From the NCBI GenBank assembly GCA_035457865.1, contig DATIAR010000082.1:81-64080 (forward strand): 64,000 nt of DNA. Reading direction: 5' to 3'. The position numbers and the translations under genes were made by a program. The notes below the pieces were generated by a model. That model worked only from the letters and a program-made list of their open reading frames with translations, was not told the origin of the DNA and did no database searches. This DNA is from Nitrosopumilaceae archaeon. GTDB lineage: Archaea; Thermoproteota; Nitrososphaeria; Nitrososphaerales; Nitrosopumilaceae. This document shows positions 28,631 to 37,855 of this stretch, one piece after another (the first letter of the stretch is position 1; each line of letters starts with the position of its first letter).

Positions 28631-29327
28631 AAATGGAATTAGATGTGATGGTCGAAGAATAGACCAAATAAGAAATGTTTCCATAAAGGTAGGTGTATTA
28701 AAAAATGCTGATGGCTCGGCATACATAGAATTTGGTAAAAACAAAATTCTTGCAGGAGTTTTTGGACCAAGAGATGTGCATCCAAAACACATGGCAGATC
28801 AAGACAGTGGCATTTTACGATGTAGATATCACATGTCCCCATTTTCTGTAACCGAACGAAAAAATCCTGCTCCTTCTAGAAGAGAAATTGAAATATCCAA
28901 AGTCATCAAAGAAGCTCTTCAACCAGCAGTAATACTCAAAGACTTCCCAAGAACAGTAGTTGACGTATTTATCGAAATTCTACAAGCTGATGGTGGTTCT
29001 AGATGCGCTGCACTGGATGCAGCCTCAGTTGCACTAGTGGACGCAGGAATACCAATGCGAGATATTGTATCTGCTTGTGCTGCAGGAAAGGTAGCAGACA
29101 AGATTGTTCTTGATGTAAATGATGAGGAAGACAAAGAGGGACAAGCAGACATGCCAGTAGCATATATGCCAAATCTTGGTAAAATCACACTTATGCAACT
29201 TGATGGAATCTTAACTCCTAACGAATACAAAAAATGCCTTGAAACCGCGATCGGTGGTTGTAAACAAGTTTATGAAATCCAGAAAAAAGCACTGATGGAA
29301 AAATACTTCAAAAACGGAGAAGCATAA
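28599..29327 (+). CDS. rrp41: exosome complex exonuclease Rrp41 (RNase PH domain)
   Basis: DGRRIDQIRNVSIKVGVLKNADGSAYIEFG is typical of Rrp41/RNase PH. The true start may be the ATG at 28611 or 28623. Confidence 0.9.
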   Translation: MVKIMTQLMNENGIRCDGRRIDQIRNVSIKVGVLKNADGSAYIEFGKNKILAGVFGPRDVHPKHMADQDSGILRCRYHMSPFSVTERKNPAPSRREIEISKVIKEALQPAVILKDFPRTVVDVFIEILQADGGSRCAALDAASVALVDAGIPMRDIVSACAAGKVADKIVLDVNDEEDKEGQADMPVAYMPNLGKITLMQLDGILTPNEYKKCLETAIGGCKQVYEIQKKALMEKYFKNGEA

Positions 29328-29329
29328 CA

Positions 29330-30136
29330 ATGACAAGTTCTGTCATCATAGAACAACTAAAAAGAGAAAAGATTCTTGAACTTCTAAATCAGGGAAAACG
29401 AATTGATGGAAGGGGATTACATGATCAACGATCACTATCAATTGAAACTGGGGTCATCCCGAAAGCAAATGGTTCTGCAAGAGTAAAACTAGGCGATGCT
29501 GAGGTAGTCACTGGAGTTAAGATACAACCTGACAAACCTTTCCCGGATCTTGGTGATAAAGGAATCTTGATTTGTACTGCAGAAATCCTTCCTCTGGCAG
29601 ATCCTAAAGCTGAGCCTGGTCCACCCGGAGAAGAAGTTATTGAATTAGCTAGAGTCGTAGATAGGGGTATAAGAGAAACTGAGATGATTGATCTAAAGCA
29701 ACTTGTCTTAATAAAAGACAAATCTGTAATAGGAATATTCGTTGATAGTAGTGTGTTAAATACAGACGGAAATCTTTTTGATGCATGTTCTTATGCAGCT
29801 GTTGCAGCAATTTTATCATGTACTGTTCCAAAATATGAAATTAAAGACGATGCACCTGTATTAGTTGAAGGCGTAACTTCGAAGCCTCCAATAAAAACAA
29901 TCCCTGTTTCTGTAACAATGGCCCGAATAGGTGATCATATCATAGTGGATCCAACATCTGATGAAGAAGCCTGTATGAATGCCAGAATAACAATCACTAC
30001 TAATTCTGATGGCAACATATGCGCCTTACAAAAAGGAGGCAGTGATGGCTTTACCGTTGAACAACTCATCAAATGCTCTGAAATCGCACTTTCAGTGGGA
30101 ACAAAAATAAGGAAGCAACTTGAGCAACTGATGTAA
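29330..30136 (+). CDS. rrp42: exosome complex subunit Rrp42 (inactive RNase PH domain)
   Basis: RIDGRGLHDQRSLSIETGVIPKANGSARVKLG is present, and the operon position fits. Confidence 0.9.
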   Translation: MTSSVIIEQLKREKILELLNQGKRIDGRGLHDQRSLSIETGVIPKANGSARVKLGDAEVVTGVKIQPDKPFPDLGDKGILICTAEILPLADPKAEPGPPGEEVIELARVVDRGIRETEMIDLKQLVLIKDKSVIGIFVDSSVLNTDGNLFDACSYAAVAAILSCTVPKYEIKDDAPVLVEGVTSKPPIKTIPVSVTMARIGDHIIVDPTSDEEACMNARITITTNSDGNICALQKGGSDGFTVEQLIKCSEIALSVGTKIRKQLEQLM

Positions 30137-30137
30137 T

Positions 30138-30353
30138 ATGGCAAAAGGCAAGAGAGCATCATTGAGAGGACTTGGAGCAAAATATGGTCTCAAACCACGC
30201 AAAAAATTCACTGCAGTTCATAGATTACTCAAAACAAAAAGAAAATGTAGTGAATGTGGTTCTAGTAAATTTGGTAGAGAAGCCGTAGGAATATGGACTT
30301 GTAAGAAATGTGGTTTCAAAGTAGCTGGTTTTGCATATGACATCAAAATATAG
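30138..30353 (+). CDS. rpl37ae: 50S ribosomal protein L37Ae (eL43)
   Basis: A zinc ribbon CSECGS...CKKCG sits in a 71 aa basic protein. The position after rrp42 is conserved. Confidence 0.9.
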   Translation: MAKGKRASLRGLGAKYGLKPRKKFTAVHRLLKTKRKCSECGSSKFGREAVGIWTCKKCGFKVAGFAYDIKI

Positions 30354-30582
30354 TGCAAAAATAGAAATTTCCGCTGACAAAAAAACTAAATCAATATTTA
30401 ATTCTCTTCAGACTGATGAAAAGTTCTATTCTGAAAACCCAACAAAAACCAAAATGTTACTCGATAAAAAAATTACAATTTTAATTGATGCCAAAGAGTT
30501 GTCTCATCTAAGAGCAAATTTGAATTCTACATTGCGTCTTGTTCAAACAAGTAATGATTCTATTGAATCGGTAAAAATATAA
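30331..30582 (+). CDS. pcc1: KEOPS subunit Pcc1-like small protein
   Basis: About 80 aa with ...LRANLNSTLRLVQTSNDSIESV resembling the Pcc1 C-terminal helix. The position between L37Ae and prefoldin beta matches the archaeal superoperon. Confidence 0.5.
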   Translation: MHMTSKYSAKIEISADKKTKSIFNSLQTDEKFYSENPTKTKMLLDKKITILIDAKELSHLRANLNSTLRLVQTSNDSIESVKI

Positions 30583-30605
30583 GCAAAGCAACTTGTGAAT
30601 TTAAC

Positions 30606-30998
30606 ATGTCCTCCGGTGGTCAACAACTTCCTCCTTGGTTACAAGAACAAGTTGCAAGGTTACAAAATTTACAACAAAACCTTCAATCAATCATGGGTCA
30701 AAAACAACATCTTGAGATGGAGCAGCTAGAAACAGAAAGGGCACTGGAAGTACTAAAAAAAGCAGCAGATACTGATGCAGTGTTCAAGAGTGCTGGTCCT
30801 TTACTAATAAAATCAACCAAACAAAATCTAATTACAGAACTTGAAGAAAAAAAAGAACTCTCAAACACTCGTGTTACTGTATTGTCAAAACAAGAAACAA
30901 GAATTAAAGAAAATCTAAAGGAAGTTGAAGAAAAGATAAAGACTATGTTACAGGGCCAAACAGGCGGTCAATCACAAAAAACAGATACTCCCAAATAA
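30606..30998 (+). CDS. pfdB: prefoldin beta subunit
   Basis: 130 aa two-helix coiled coil (LQNLQQNLQSIMGQKQHLEMEQLETERALEVL...) in the conserved position. Confidence 0.8.
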   Translation: MSSGGQQLPPWLQEQVARLQNLQQNLQSIMGQKQHLEMEQLETERALEVLKKAADTDAVFKSAGPLLIKSTKQNLITELEEKKELSNTRVTVLSKQETRIKENLKEVEEKIKTMLQGQTGGQSQKTDTPK

Positions 30999-31030
30999 AA
31001 TATTAACAAATTCTTACATCTTTTTATAAT

Positions 31031-31723
31031 ATGAAACTAGGAGAATTACGCATAATAGTTGATGAAAGAGAGAGAAAAAGTGGGATCCCCGATCTTTTAC
31101 GGGCAGTTGGAGTAAAGATCGAACTAGCCAGCCTTCCAATAGGTGATTATATAGTGGCACCAGAAACTGTTGTAGAAAGAAAAAGCATTCAAGATCTAAT
31201 CTCCTCTGTTTTTGACGGAAGGCTCTTTGATCAATGCAACAGACTCAAAGAGCATTTTGAACATCCAGCAATTTTGATGGAAGGTAACGTTGACATCATT
31301 GATAAAATTACAGAAAACCCACTTGTTTTTTATGGTGCATTATCATCTATTGCTTTAGACTTTAAAATTCCAATAATTCCCACTCCAAGTGCTTCACATT
31401 CTGCGAAATTATTGATCTCAATGTGTGCTAGACAGAATACCAATAAAGGTCCTTTCTTGAAAAAAATAAAAAAATCAGATGACATACAAAGGCAACAACT
31501 ATCCGTTCTGTGTAGTCTTCCTGGAGTAGGGGAAAAGTTAGCTACACGCATGCTAGAAAAGTTTGGCTCACCAAGTAATACCCTAAGGGCATCTTACAAA
31601 GAACTCACAAAAATACAAGGATTGGGAGAATCGCGTGCTCTAAAGATAAGAAAAATGCTTGACGCAGAAAGTAAATTAAAGAAAAAAATAGATCAAAAAA
31701 CACTTCACGACATCGACCTATGA
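31031..31723 (+). CDS. xpf: ERCC4-type structure-specific endonuclease XPF (short archaeal form, nuclease + HhH2)
   Basis: The ERCC4 signature is present: VDERERKSG...IGDYIV...VERKSIQDLISS (GDxn-ERKx3D). The C-terminal tandem HhH is LPGVGEKLATRML...IQGLGESRALKI. Confidence 0.85.
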   Translation: MKLGELRIIVDERERKSGIPDLLRAVGVKIELASLPIGDYIVAPETVVERKSIQDLISSVFDGRLFDQCNRLKEHFEHPAILMEGNVDIIDKITENPLVFYGALSSIALDFKIPIIPTPSASHSAKLLISMCARQNTNKGPFLKKIKKSDDIQRQQLSVLCSLPGVGEKLATRMLEKFGSPSNTLRASYKELTKIQGLGESRALKIRKMLDAESKLKKKIDQKTLHDIDL

Positions 31724-31724
31724 T

Positions 31725-32216
31725 TCAATTATCTGCTTCTAACTTGCTTAACTTGCGACTCAGTTTATTTCCACAAAGAGGACATTTTGATATTTTTGTA
31801 AAAGTCTTCTCGCAACCAGAACAAAAATAGATCCAATTTGCTATACGTGTGATTCCAGTTGTCATGACTGGAACTACGGAGAGATTTAGCTGCTTAGCAA
31901 GATTTGATACCGCAAAATCATCTGTAACCAGCTCTGCATTAAGTTGGAGACACAACGCAATAACCGAAATATCTCCTGTAGAAAGATTTTGAAAATCTCC
32001 GGTATCTTTAGACTTGAGTAGAACTTTTTTGATGTATCCTGGTTCTGGTGTCATTATTTCAAGTCTTTTGGTTTCAAGAATCATTTCAATTGCTTTGTGA
32101 TCCTTTTTAATGTGTTTTATTTCATCAAAAACATCTTGTGTTGTGAAACTTTTTTCTGAAGACGCAAACGGAATTCCAGCATAAAAAGCACTGGCATCTA
32201 AAATCTTAAAAACCAA
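31725..32216 (-). CDS. nob1: PIN-domain endonuclease with C-terminal zinc ribbon (Nob1-like)
   Basis: A PIN N-terminus (ILDASAFYAG ... acidic residues) is followed by CSGCEKTF...CPLCGNKL. The size and architecture match archaeal Nob1. TTG start. Confidence 0.65.
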   Translation of the reverse strand: MVFKILDASAFYAGIPFASSEKSFTTQDVFDEIKHIKKDHKAIEMILETKRLEIMTPEPGYIKKVLLKSKDTGDFQNLSTGDISVIALCLQLNAELVTDDFAVSNLAKQLNLSVVPVMTTGITRIANWIYFCSGCEKTFTKISKCPLCGNKLSRKLSKLEADN

Positions 32217-33021
32217 GTTTGCTCATCTGTCTTAATCCACGCTTTTTTAGTCTCACAAACACTGCATGTTTCTTGTACTTTCTTATTGTAATTACATCAT
32301 CATATCTTGCTGGTTTTACAACTTGGGCATCCATAATTATATTAGAATCGTGGGAATTGACTATCTCTATTTTTTCATCTGGTACGACCAGTGATGGTAA
32401 TCTGTTTACAGGTGCTACTGGTGTAATTATTAATACGTCGAGACTTTCATGTAAAATTGGACCACCCAGTGAATATGAATGACCTGTAGAGCCACTTGGG
32501 GTAGATACTATGACTCCATCCATTCTTTGTGTAACGGTATCATTTTGAAATCTGATCTCAAAAAGTGATGTCTTTGTTAGGTTCTGTCTGTTTATATAAA
32601 TTTCATTTAGCGCAGGAGGATATTCCTGTCCTTTACACGAAGCAACTACTCTTATCCTCTTATCAAGAAATATGTTATCTGAAAGTATCTGTCCTATCCC
32701 TGTGTCTATCTGATCCAAAGTTATTTCTGAAAGAATTCCACGGTTTCCACCTACATTAATTGCTAAAAGGGGAACTTCGTTTTCTAAATATCTAAATGCG
32801 CGAAGTGTTGTACCATCTCCTCCAAGAGTTATAGTAAGATCAAGATTTTCAGTTTTTAATTCTTCTAAAATGTCTACCTTTTTCGCACCTTCTACTTCTA
32901 TGGGAGATATTGTAAAAACTTGTGATTTTCTTGCAAGCAGTTTTTTTGCAACTTTCCTTGCGGCATCTTCTGACTCTTTGGAACCTACCTTACTCACAAC
33001 TGCAACTTTATTAAGATTCAA
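32206..33021 (-). CDS. ppnK: NAD kinase
   Basis: The GGDGT motif (TLGGDGTTLRAF) and NVGGNRGILSE (NxGxLGFL-like) are present. TTG start. Confidence 0.9.
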   Translation of the reverse strand: MNLNKVAVVSKVGSKESEDAARKVAKKLLARKSQVFTISPIEVEGAKKVDILEELKTENLDLTITLGGDGTTLRAFRYLENEVPLLAINVGGNRGILSEITLDQIDTGIGQILSDNIFLDKRIRVVASCKGQEYPPALNEIYINRQNLTKTSLFEIRFQNDTVTQRMDGVIVSTPSGSTGHSYSLGGPILHESLDVLIITPVAPVNRLPSLVVPDEKIEIVNSHDSNIIMDAQVVKPARYDDVITIRKYKKHAVFVRLKKRGLRQMSKLGF

Positions 33022-33109
33022 GCGAAAAGTAGTATTGTAATTTCACTTAAAAATCATCTCATGAAGATTAAGATATAAGTCCCTATCTATAGTAAATATT
33101 TCGAGAAGC

Positions 33110-33955
33110 ATGAGTTACGCAAATCCTGCTGTTTTAACAGATACCGAATCAGTTTCAAAAGACATATCAAACAATATGATAAAGATCGTCGAAGTTGATT
33201 ATGATCCTGAGAATGCATATAAGCAGGGTCACATTCCAGGAGCCAGTTTAATTTGGTGGAAACGCGACATAAATGATCCAATCACTCGTGATATTGTCAG
33301 TAAAAAACAATTTGAAGAATTATTGTCAAGATGCGGTATTCTACCTGAAAACGAGGTTATCTTATATGGCGATTTTAACAATTGGTTTGCAGCTTTTGTG
33401 TTCTGGGTTTTCAAATATTATGGGCACAAAAATGTAAAGATAATGAATGGTGGACGAAAAAAATGGGAAATGGAAAAAAAACAATATACTAAAGATGAAC
33501 CACAAATTGCAAAAACAAATTATGTTGCACAACCTCCTGATGAAGGACTGCGTGCCTACCTATTTGACGTCAGAAGAGCCCTTGATAAACAAGATACTGT
33601 TTTAGTGGATGTAAGATCAGTAAAAGAGTATACTGGAGAAATAACAGCTCCTCCAGAATATCCAATGGAACATGCACAAAGAGGCGGACATATTCCACAG
33701 GCAAAAAACATTCCTTGGGCTACTGCAGTAAATGACGCAGATGGAACTTTCAAATCTGTAAATGAATTAAAACAGATTTATGAAACAAAAGGAGTAACTC
33801 CAGACAAAGACGTCATATGTTACTGCAGAATTGGTGAAAGATCCTCTCACACATGGTTTGTTCTAAAATATCTATTAGGTTATCCACAAGTCAGAAATTA
33901 TGACGGTTCGTGGACCGAATGGGGTAACATGATCGGCAATCCTGTTGAAAAATAA
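33110..33955 (+). CDS. thiosulfate/3-mercaptopyruvate sulfurtransferase (tandem rhodanese)
   Basis: Two rhodanese domains are present. The active-site loop is CYCRIGERSSH, the CRxGx[R/T] thiosulfate type. Confidence 0.9.
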   Translation: MSYANPAVLTDTESVSKDISNNMIKIVEVDYDPENAYKQGHIPGASLIWWKRDINDPITRDIVSKKQFEELLSRCGILPENEVILYGDFNNWFAAFVFWVFKYYGHKNVKIMNGGRKKWEMEKKQYTKDEPQIAKTNYVAQPPDEGLRAYLFDVRRALDKQDTVLVDVRSVKEYTGEITAPPEYPMEHAQRGGHIPQAKNIPWATAVNDADGTFKSVNELKQIYETKGVTPDKDVICYCRIGERSSHTWFVLKYLLGYPQVRNYDGSWTEWGNMIGNPVEK

Positions 33956-34028
33956 CTTGACTCAAGAACTTCCTTTATTGAAACAGGGCATATTCTATTT
34001 CATACGCGATAGTCCTACATACATAATC

Positions 34029-34262
34029 ATGGAAGATAAGACAAAACGCGGTCTTACTGTTCAGGAGCATTCGTTGGATGAAAACTATAGGGTCGAAGCT
34101 GAGAAAGGCATGATATATGACATGGATGGAATAGGCCATAGAGTAGCCATACGGTGGTATTTTCCCAAAAAAGATTTTGATCTTAAAAAAGTTCTTGAAT
34201 TTGCAGAATCCATGGAAACCAAATATAAAAAATTACGAGAAGAGACCTGTCCAGATTATTGA
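34029..34262 (+). CDS. hypothetical small protein
   Basis: The ATG at 34029 (MEDKTKRG...) is preferred over the TTG at 33945, which would overlap the rhodanese gene. No motif recognised. Confidence 0.45.
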   Translation: MEDKTKRGLTVQEHSLDENYRVEAEKGMIYDMDGIGHRVAIRWYFPKKDFDLKKVLEFAESMETKYKKLREETCPDY

Positions 34263-34354
34263 GAAGATTTTTAAACAAACATAAAACACGAAATACCGCT
34301 CAAAGCGGTTTCACACACCTATAAATACATATTTTCAATCTTATACCGTAGGGT

Positions 34355-36373
34355 ATGGCAATAAACACCCTAACGCAATTCCTTTTTAATATATTCATAA
34401 CAATAGCAGTACTTGTCACGCTTTACACTTTCAATTTTTACTACCTTGTATTACTGTCAAGACAGCGAAGAAAATATCAGAAGACTGAATTGCTTGGAAC
34501 ACCTATTGTTACGGTACAACTTCCGATATATAATGAAAAATACGTTGCGGCAAGACTAGTAAATGCAGTTTGTGCGATGAATTATCCAAAAGAAAAGATG
34601 TGTATACAAGTGTTAGATGACTCAGACGATGAAACATATGACATTTTAGAAAATCTTGTAAACGATTATCAAAAGAAAGGGTTCGATATATCTCATATCA
34701 CAAGAGAAAATAGGAAAGGATACAAAGCTGGAGCTCTTCGTAATGCAATGAAATTTGTAAAAGGAAATTTTGTGGCTATATTTGATGCCGATTTTATTCC
34801 ACCACATTGGTTTTTAGAAAAAGCAATCCCATATTTCTCAAAACCTGAGATAGGACTAATTCAATGTAAATGGGGACATGTAAATGAAAAATATTCCGCA
34901 CTGACACAAGCACAAGCACTAAGTCTTGATTTTCATTTTCTCATTGAACAAAAAGCAAAAAGCAACTCACACCTTTACATGAGCTTTAATGGAACAGCAG
35001 GTATTTGGAGAAAAGAATGCATAGAAGATGCAGGTGGATGGCATGCTGCAACACTTGTTGAAGATCTAGATCTAAGCTATAGAGCTCAGATGAAAGGTTG
35101 GAAATGTCTCTTCTTACCAGATATTGTTGTTGATGCAGAGCTTCCGGTACAAATGAACGCAGCAAAAAGACAACAATTTAGATGGGCAAAGGGATCGATA
35201 CAATGTGCTATTAAATTACTAGGCGACGTAGTAATTAAAAAAATTCCATTTGACACAAAGATTCAGGCTTTTGTCCAACTTACAAGGCATATAGTGCATC
35301 CACTTATGTTAATTCAATTCTTAATACTTCCAATATTATTGTCTGCAAAGTTCAATCTGTATGTTGTTAGTATATTGCCACTACTAACGATAGTCGCGTA
35401 TCTGGCAATGGGGCCAATTGTATACATAATGATAATACGGAACTTGTGGATGCAAAGCTGGAAATCAAAAACATTAGCGTATCTTTATTTGATATTCTAT
35501 TCTGCTGGCATGTCAGTAAACAACACGGTTGCTGTCTTTGACGCTTTTATTGGAAAGAAAAACGAATTTCTTAGAACTCCCAAATACGGAATTGTAAATA
35601 AAACCGATGATTGGAGAGATAAAGCATACAATCTGCCATTCACAAAAACTACACTACTTGAGATCTTTTTTGGAGTTTATGGTGTATTAGCAATATTCAT
35701 TGCCATTTTCTCAGGAAATCCTATTTTTGCGCCTTTAATTGGACTTCAGACATTAGGCTTCTTTTACATTTCATATCTTAGTATATCGCATACAACATTT
35801 AAAAAGAACAAATCGCAGTCGTTACACAACATAACAAAGGCAGAGAAGATGGCAAATACATACTACAAACTTGCAATGGTGGGGATAATTGGCTTTATCT
35901 CATTTGGAGCCTTCATGGCTTACTATGGATATCAAAACGATGTTTATCCACTGGATCAATCACGAGGTTTTTTAGACAGAATTCAGACAACAGACGATAC
36001 CCAGGCAATTATTGAATATCTTAAAACTATCAAAACACTCCTGCCACAAGATGGAAACCCTGTTTGGATATTTCCAACAGAAACAACAGATTTTGGTTTA
36101 ATTCAAAAAGACCTTGATACAATGATAATCCGTGTAGAAAAGATCTCCACTGTTCCACAGGACAGCTCTTCGTTTCATACTGGAATGATAGATATACATG
36201 AACAGGCAGAGGATATGAGACTCCATCTCTTGGATGCAACTCCTTACATGTACGTGAGTTTCTCAAACATTGTTTTTAGTTCTCTATGGATCGCAGCAAT
36301 ACTGGGAATTTTTACTATTCTGAAAAGAAAGAAAGATCGTCTAAAATCATACGAAATGTCTGATGAAGTTTAA
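34355..36373 (+). CDS. family 2 processive glycosyltransferase (cellulose/chitin synthase-like) with large C-terminal extension
   Basis: GT2 motifs are present: QVLDDSDDET, FDADF, TLVEDLDLSYR, QQFRWAKG (QxxRW). Multiple TM helices are followed by a C-terminal region of about 150 aa and a final TM. Confidence 0.85.
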   Translation: MAINTLTQFLFNIFITIAVLVTLYTFNFYYLVLLSRQRRKYQKTELLGTPIVTVQLPIYNEKYVAARLVNAVCAMNYPKEKMCIQVLDDSDDETYDILENLVNDYQKKGFDISHITRENRKGYKAGALRNAMKFVKGNFVAIFDADFIPPHWFLEKAIPYFSKPEIGLIQCKWGHVNEKYSALTQAQALSLDFHFLIEQKAKSNSHLYMSFNGTAGIWRKECIEDAGGWHAATLVEDLDLSYRAQMKGWKCLFLPDIVVDAELPVQMNAAKRQQFRWAKGSIQCAIKLLGDVVIKKIPFDTKIQAFVQLTRHIVHPLMLIQFLILPILLSAKFNLYVVSILPLLTIVAYLAMGPIVYIMIIRNLWMQSWKSKTLAYLYLIFYSAGMSVNNTVAVFDAFIGKKNEFLRTPKYGIVNKTDDWRDKAYNLPFTKTTLLEIFFGVYGVLAIFIAIFSGNPIFAPLIGLQTLGFFYISYLSISHTTFKKNKSQSLHNITKAEKMANTYYKLAMVGIIGFISFGAFMAYYGYQNDVYPLDQSRGFLDRIQTTDDTQAIIEYLKTIKTLLPQDGNPVWIFPTETTDFGLIQKDLDTMIIRVEKISTVPQDSSSFHTGMIDIHEQAEDMRLHLLDATPYMYVSFSNIVFSSLWIAAILGIFTILKRKKDRLKSYEMSDEV

Positions 36374-37611
36374 GATATTCCCATTTCCTGTCTTACTTCA
36401 TCAACAGCACGAATTCCAAAAAGATCTCTTACCTGTTCTATTCTAAGGGATTCCTTTACAAGATCACGCCCAAGTTGAGTAATTAAAAGCCTAAAGACAT
36501 CAGTAAATCTTATCTCCCATCTGTCAGCACAATCTAAAATTTTACTAACACTCCACTGTTTTACCTCTTGAGGAAGTGGTATTTTCTTATCAGATTCTAT
36601 TGAAAGTCTATCAAACAAATTTACCATCTCTACTGTTTGTGATATCATCTTGTCAAGATCATCTAAGGTACCATACTTTGATTCTGAATGCATACGAACA
36701 TTTGATTGAAATTCAGACAAACGCAATAATCCTATAACTTCTCTTGATGTATTTTGGGCTGTCTTGTGAGTAACACTCCTTATCTCTTGAAGTTCTTGAT
36801 GTATTTCATGTGCTTTTTTATGAAATTCTGATGTGGCAGATGCATTTCGATTTAACAATTCCGTCAAATCAGATATTTTTTCATCAATTTGTCTTGTCTT
36901 TCCCATGACATTTTCCTTAAAATTAGTAAATTCAGCGCTAACATTTCTAATATCTGCACCAAAGGTTGCAAGGGTGTCAGTTTTTCTGACAAGTGAACCT
37001 AACTCTATGCCCACATCTCTAATGTCCGAGCTCATATTTGCTAGTGATTCTGCTTTTGATGTTACATTTGCTATTTCCTGTTTCAGACTTGTCATGTTTT
37101 CCTCTAATTTAGATACTTTTTTGATCTCATCTTGAATTTTTTCTGTTTTATCAGATACATGCATTATCATCTTTGTATTATTTCTAATTGAATCAAGACT
37201 ATCAGCCACGCTTTGCATTACTTTATTTACGTCAGGGAGAGATTCTTGTTTTTCACGGATCTTGCTTACTTGTTCTTGAAGACGACCTGTTTGTTCATTG
37301 ACCTTTGCTATTAAATTTGAATGAGCCTTTACTTGACTAAGACCAGAAAACAGTTTTTGTGTATCTTCCTCAAGAATGTTTATCTGTCTTGCATTTCGTT
37401 GTATTTGTTCTAGGGCTGAACCAACTGCATCTATCATGTTTTTTAGTGAAATGAGAATCTTTTGGTTTTCTGCAAAAATCTTCGACATGGATTTAACTTC
37501 ATTAGCTAAAACTTTTGTTGCATCAGATATTGAGCTCATTTTTTTCAAAACATCTGAGCTCGAGTCTCTTTTTGTCTTAATTGTAATGTCACGCCTAGGT
37601 TTTTTTGTCAC
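36370..37611 (-). CDS. long coiled-coil protein, unknown function
   Basis: 413 aa with a heptad-like pattern rich in E/K/S/N/I/L through most of its length and a C-terminal globular-looking region of about 90 aa. No signalling-domain motif recognised. Confidence 0.6.
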   Translation of the reverse strand: MTKKPRRDITIKTKRDSSSDVLKKMSSISDATKVLANEVKSMSKIFAENQKILISLKNMIDAVGSALEQIQRNARQINILEEDTQKLFSGLSQVKAHSNLIAKVNEQTGRLQEQVSKIREKQESLPDVNKVMQSVADSLDSIRNNTKMIMHVSDKTEKIQDEIKKVSKLEENMTSLKQEIANVTSKAESLANMSSDIRDVGIELGSLVRKTDTLATFGADIRNVSAEFTNFKENVMGKTRQIDEKISDLTELLNRNASATSEFHKKAHEIHQELQEIRSVTHKTAQNTSREVIGLLRLSEFQSNVRMHSESKYGTLDDLDKMISQTVEMVNLFDRLSIESDKKIPLPQEVKQWSVSKILDCADRWEIRFTDVFRLLITQLGRDLVKESLRIEQVRDLFGIRAVDEVRQEMGIS

Positions 37612-37672
37612 TTTACAATATTGCAGAGCTAACCGATAAAAAAGTTCGTATTTAAAACAATTTAGAAAAATA

Positions 37673-37703
37673 ATCCAGAACTAGTTGTTGACTAGTTCTG
37701 GAT
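37673..37703 (-). terminator. perfect 13 bp inverted repeat (5 nt loop) followed by a T-run on the minus strand
   Basis: The repeat is atccagaactagt-tgttg-actagttctggat. It spans the last codons and stop of the 37681-37788 ORF, and is followed on the minus strand by TTATTTTT. Confidence 0.45.
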
Positions 37704-37788
37704 CATGAAGGACTTCGTGGAAAGTTTTTTGAACAAGACCGTTTTCAGTCTCGATGAACTGTTTTGGACAATATTCACATGTTAACAT
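37681..37788 (-). CDS. 35 aa C2H2-like zinc-finger mini-protein (below ORF-track cutoff)
   Basis: Hand translation gives MLTCEYCPKQFIETENGLVQKTFHEVLHDPELVNN, with spacing CxxC-x16-HxxxH and F after the second Cys. TTATTAATA lies 22 nt upstream of the ATG (leaderless geometry). A hairpin plus T-run sits at the 3' end. Confidence 0.4.
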   Translation of the reverse strand: MLTCEYCPKQFIETENGLVQKTFHEVLHDPELVNN

Positions 37789-37790
37789 AA

Positions 37791-37810
37791 AATACGGTAC
37801 AATACGGTAC
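37791..37810. repeat. perfect tandem 10-mer (aatacggtac x2) between TATA box and start of the mini-ORF
   Basis: Read directly: 37791-37800 and 37801-37810 are identical. The repeat occupies the TATA-to-start spacer of the minus-strand 35-codon ORF. Confidence 0.7.
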
Positions 37811-37855
37811 TATTAATAATCAGGTAACTGTGCAATGACCTTCAATTGACTTCTT

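Noticed and set aside
34295-34309. A 6 bp hairpin (ACCGCT-caa-AGCGGT) between 34262 and the GT2 gene, considered as a terminator or riboswitch fragment.
   Set aside because: It is too short, has no following T-run, and no conserved riboswitch-like structure is recognisable. It is probably insignificant.
36833-37639. Plus-strand track ORFs (36833-37135, 37376-37639) inside the coiled-coil gene.
   Set aside because: They are antisense shadow ORFs of a biased-composition coiled-coil CDS, rich in Phe, Ser and Leu, with no start context.
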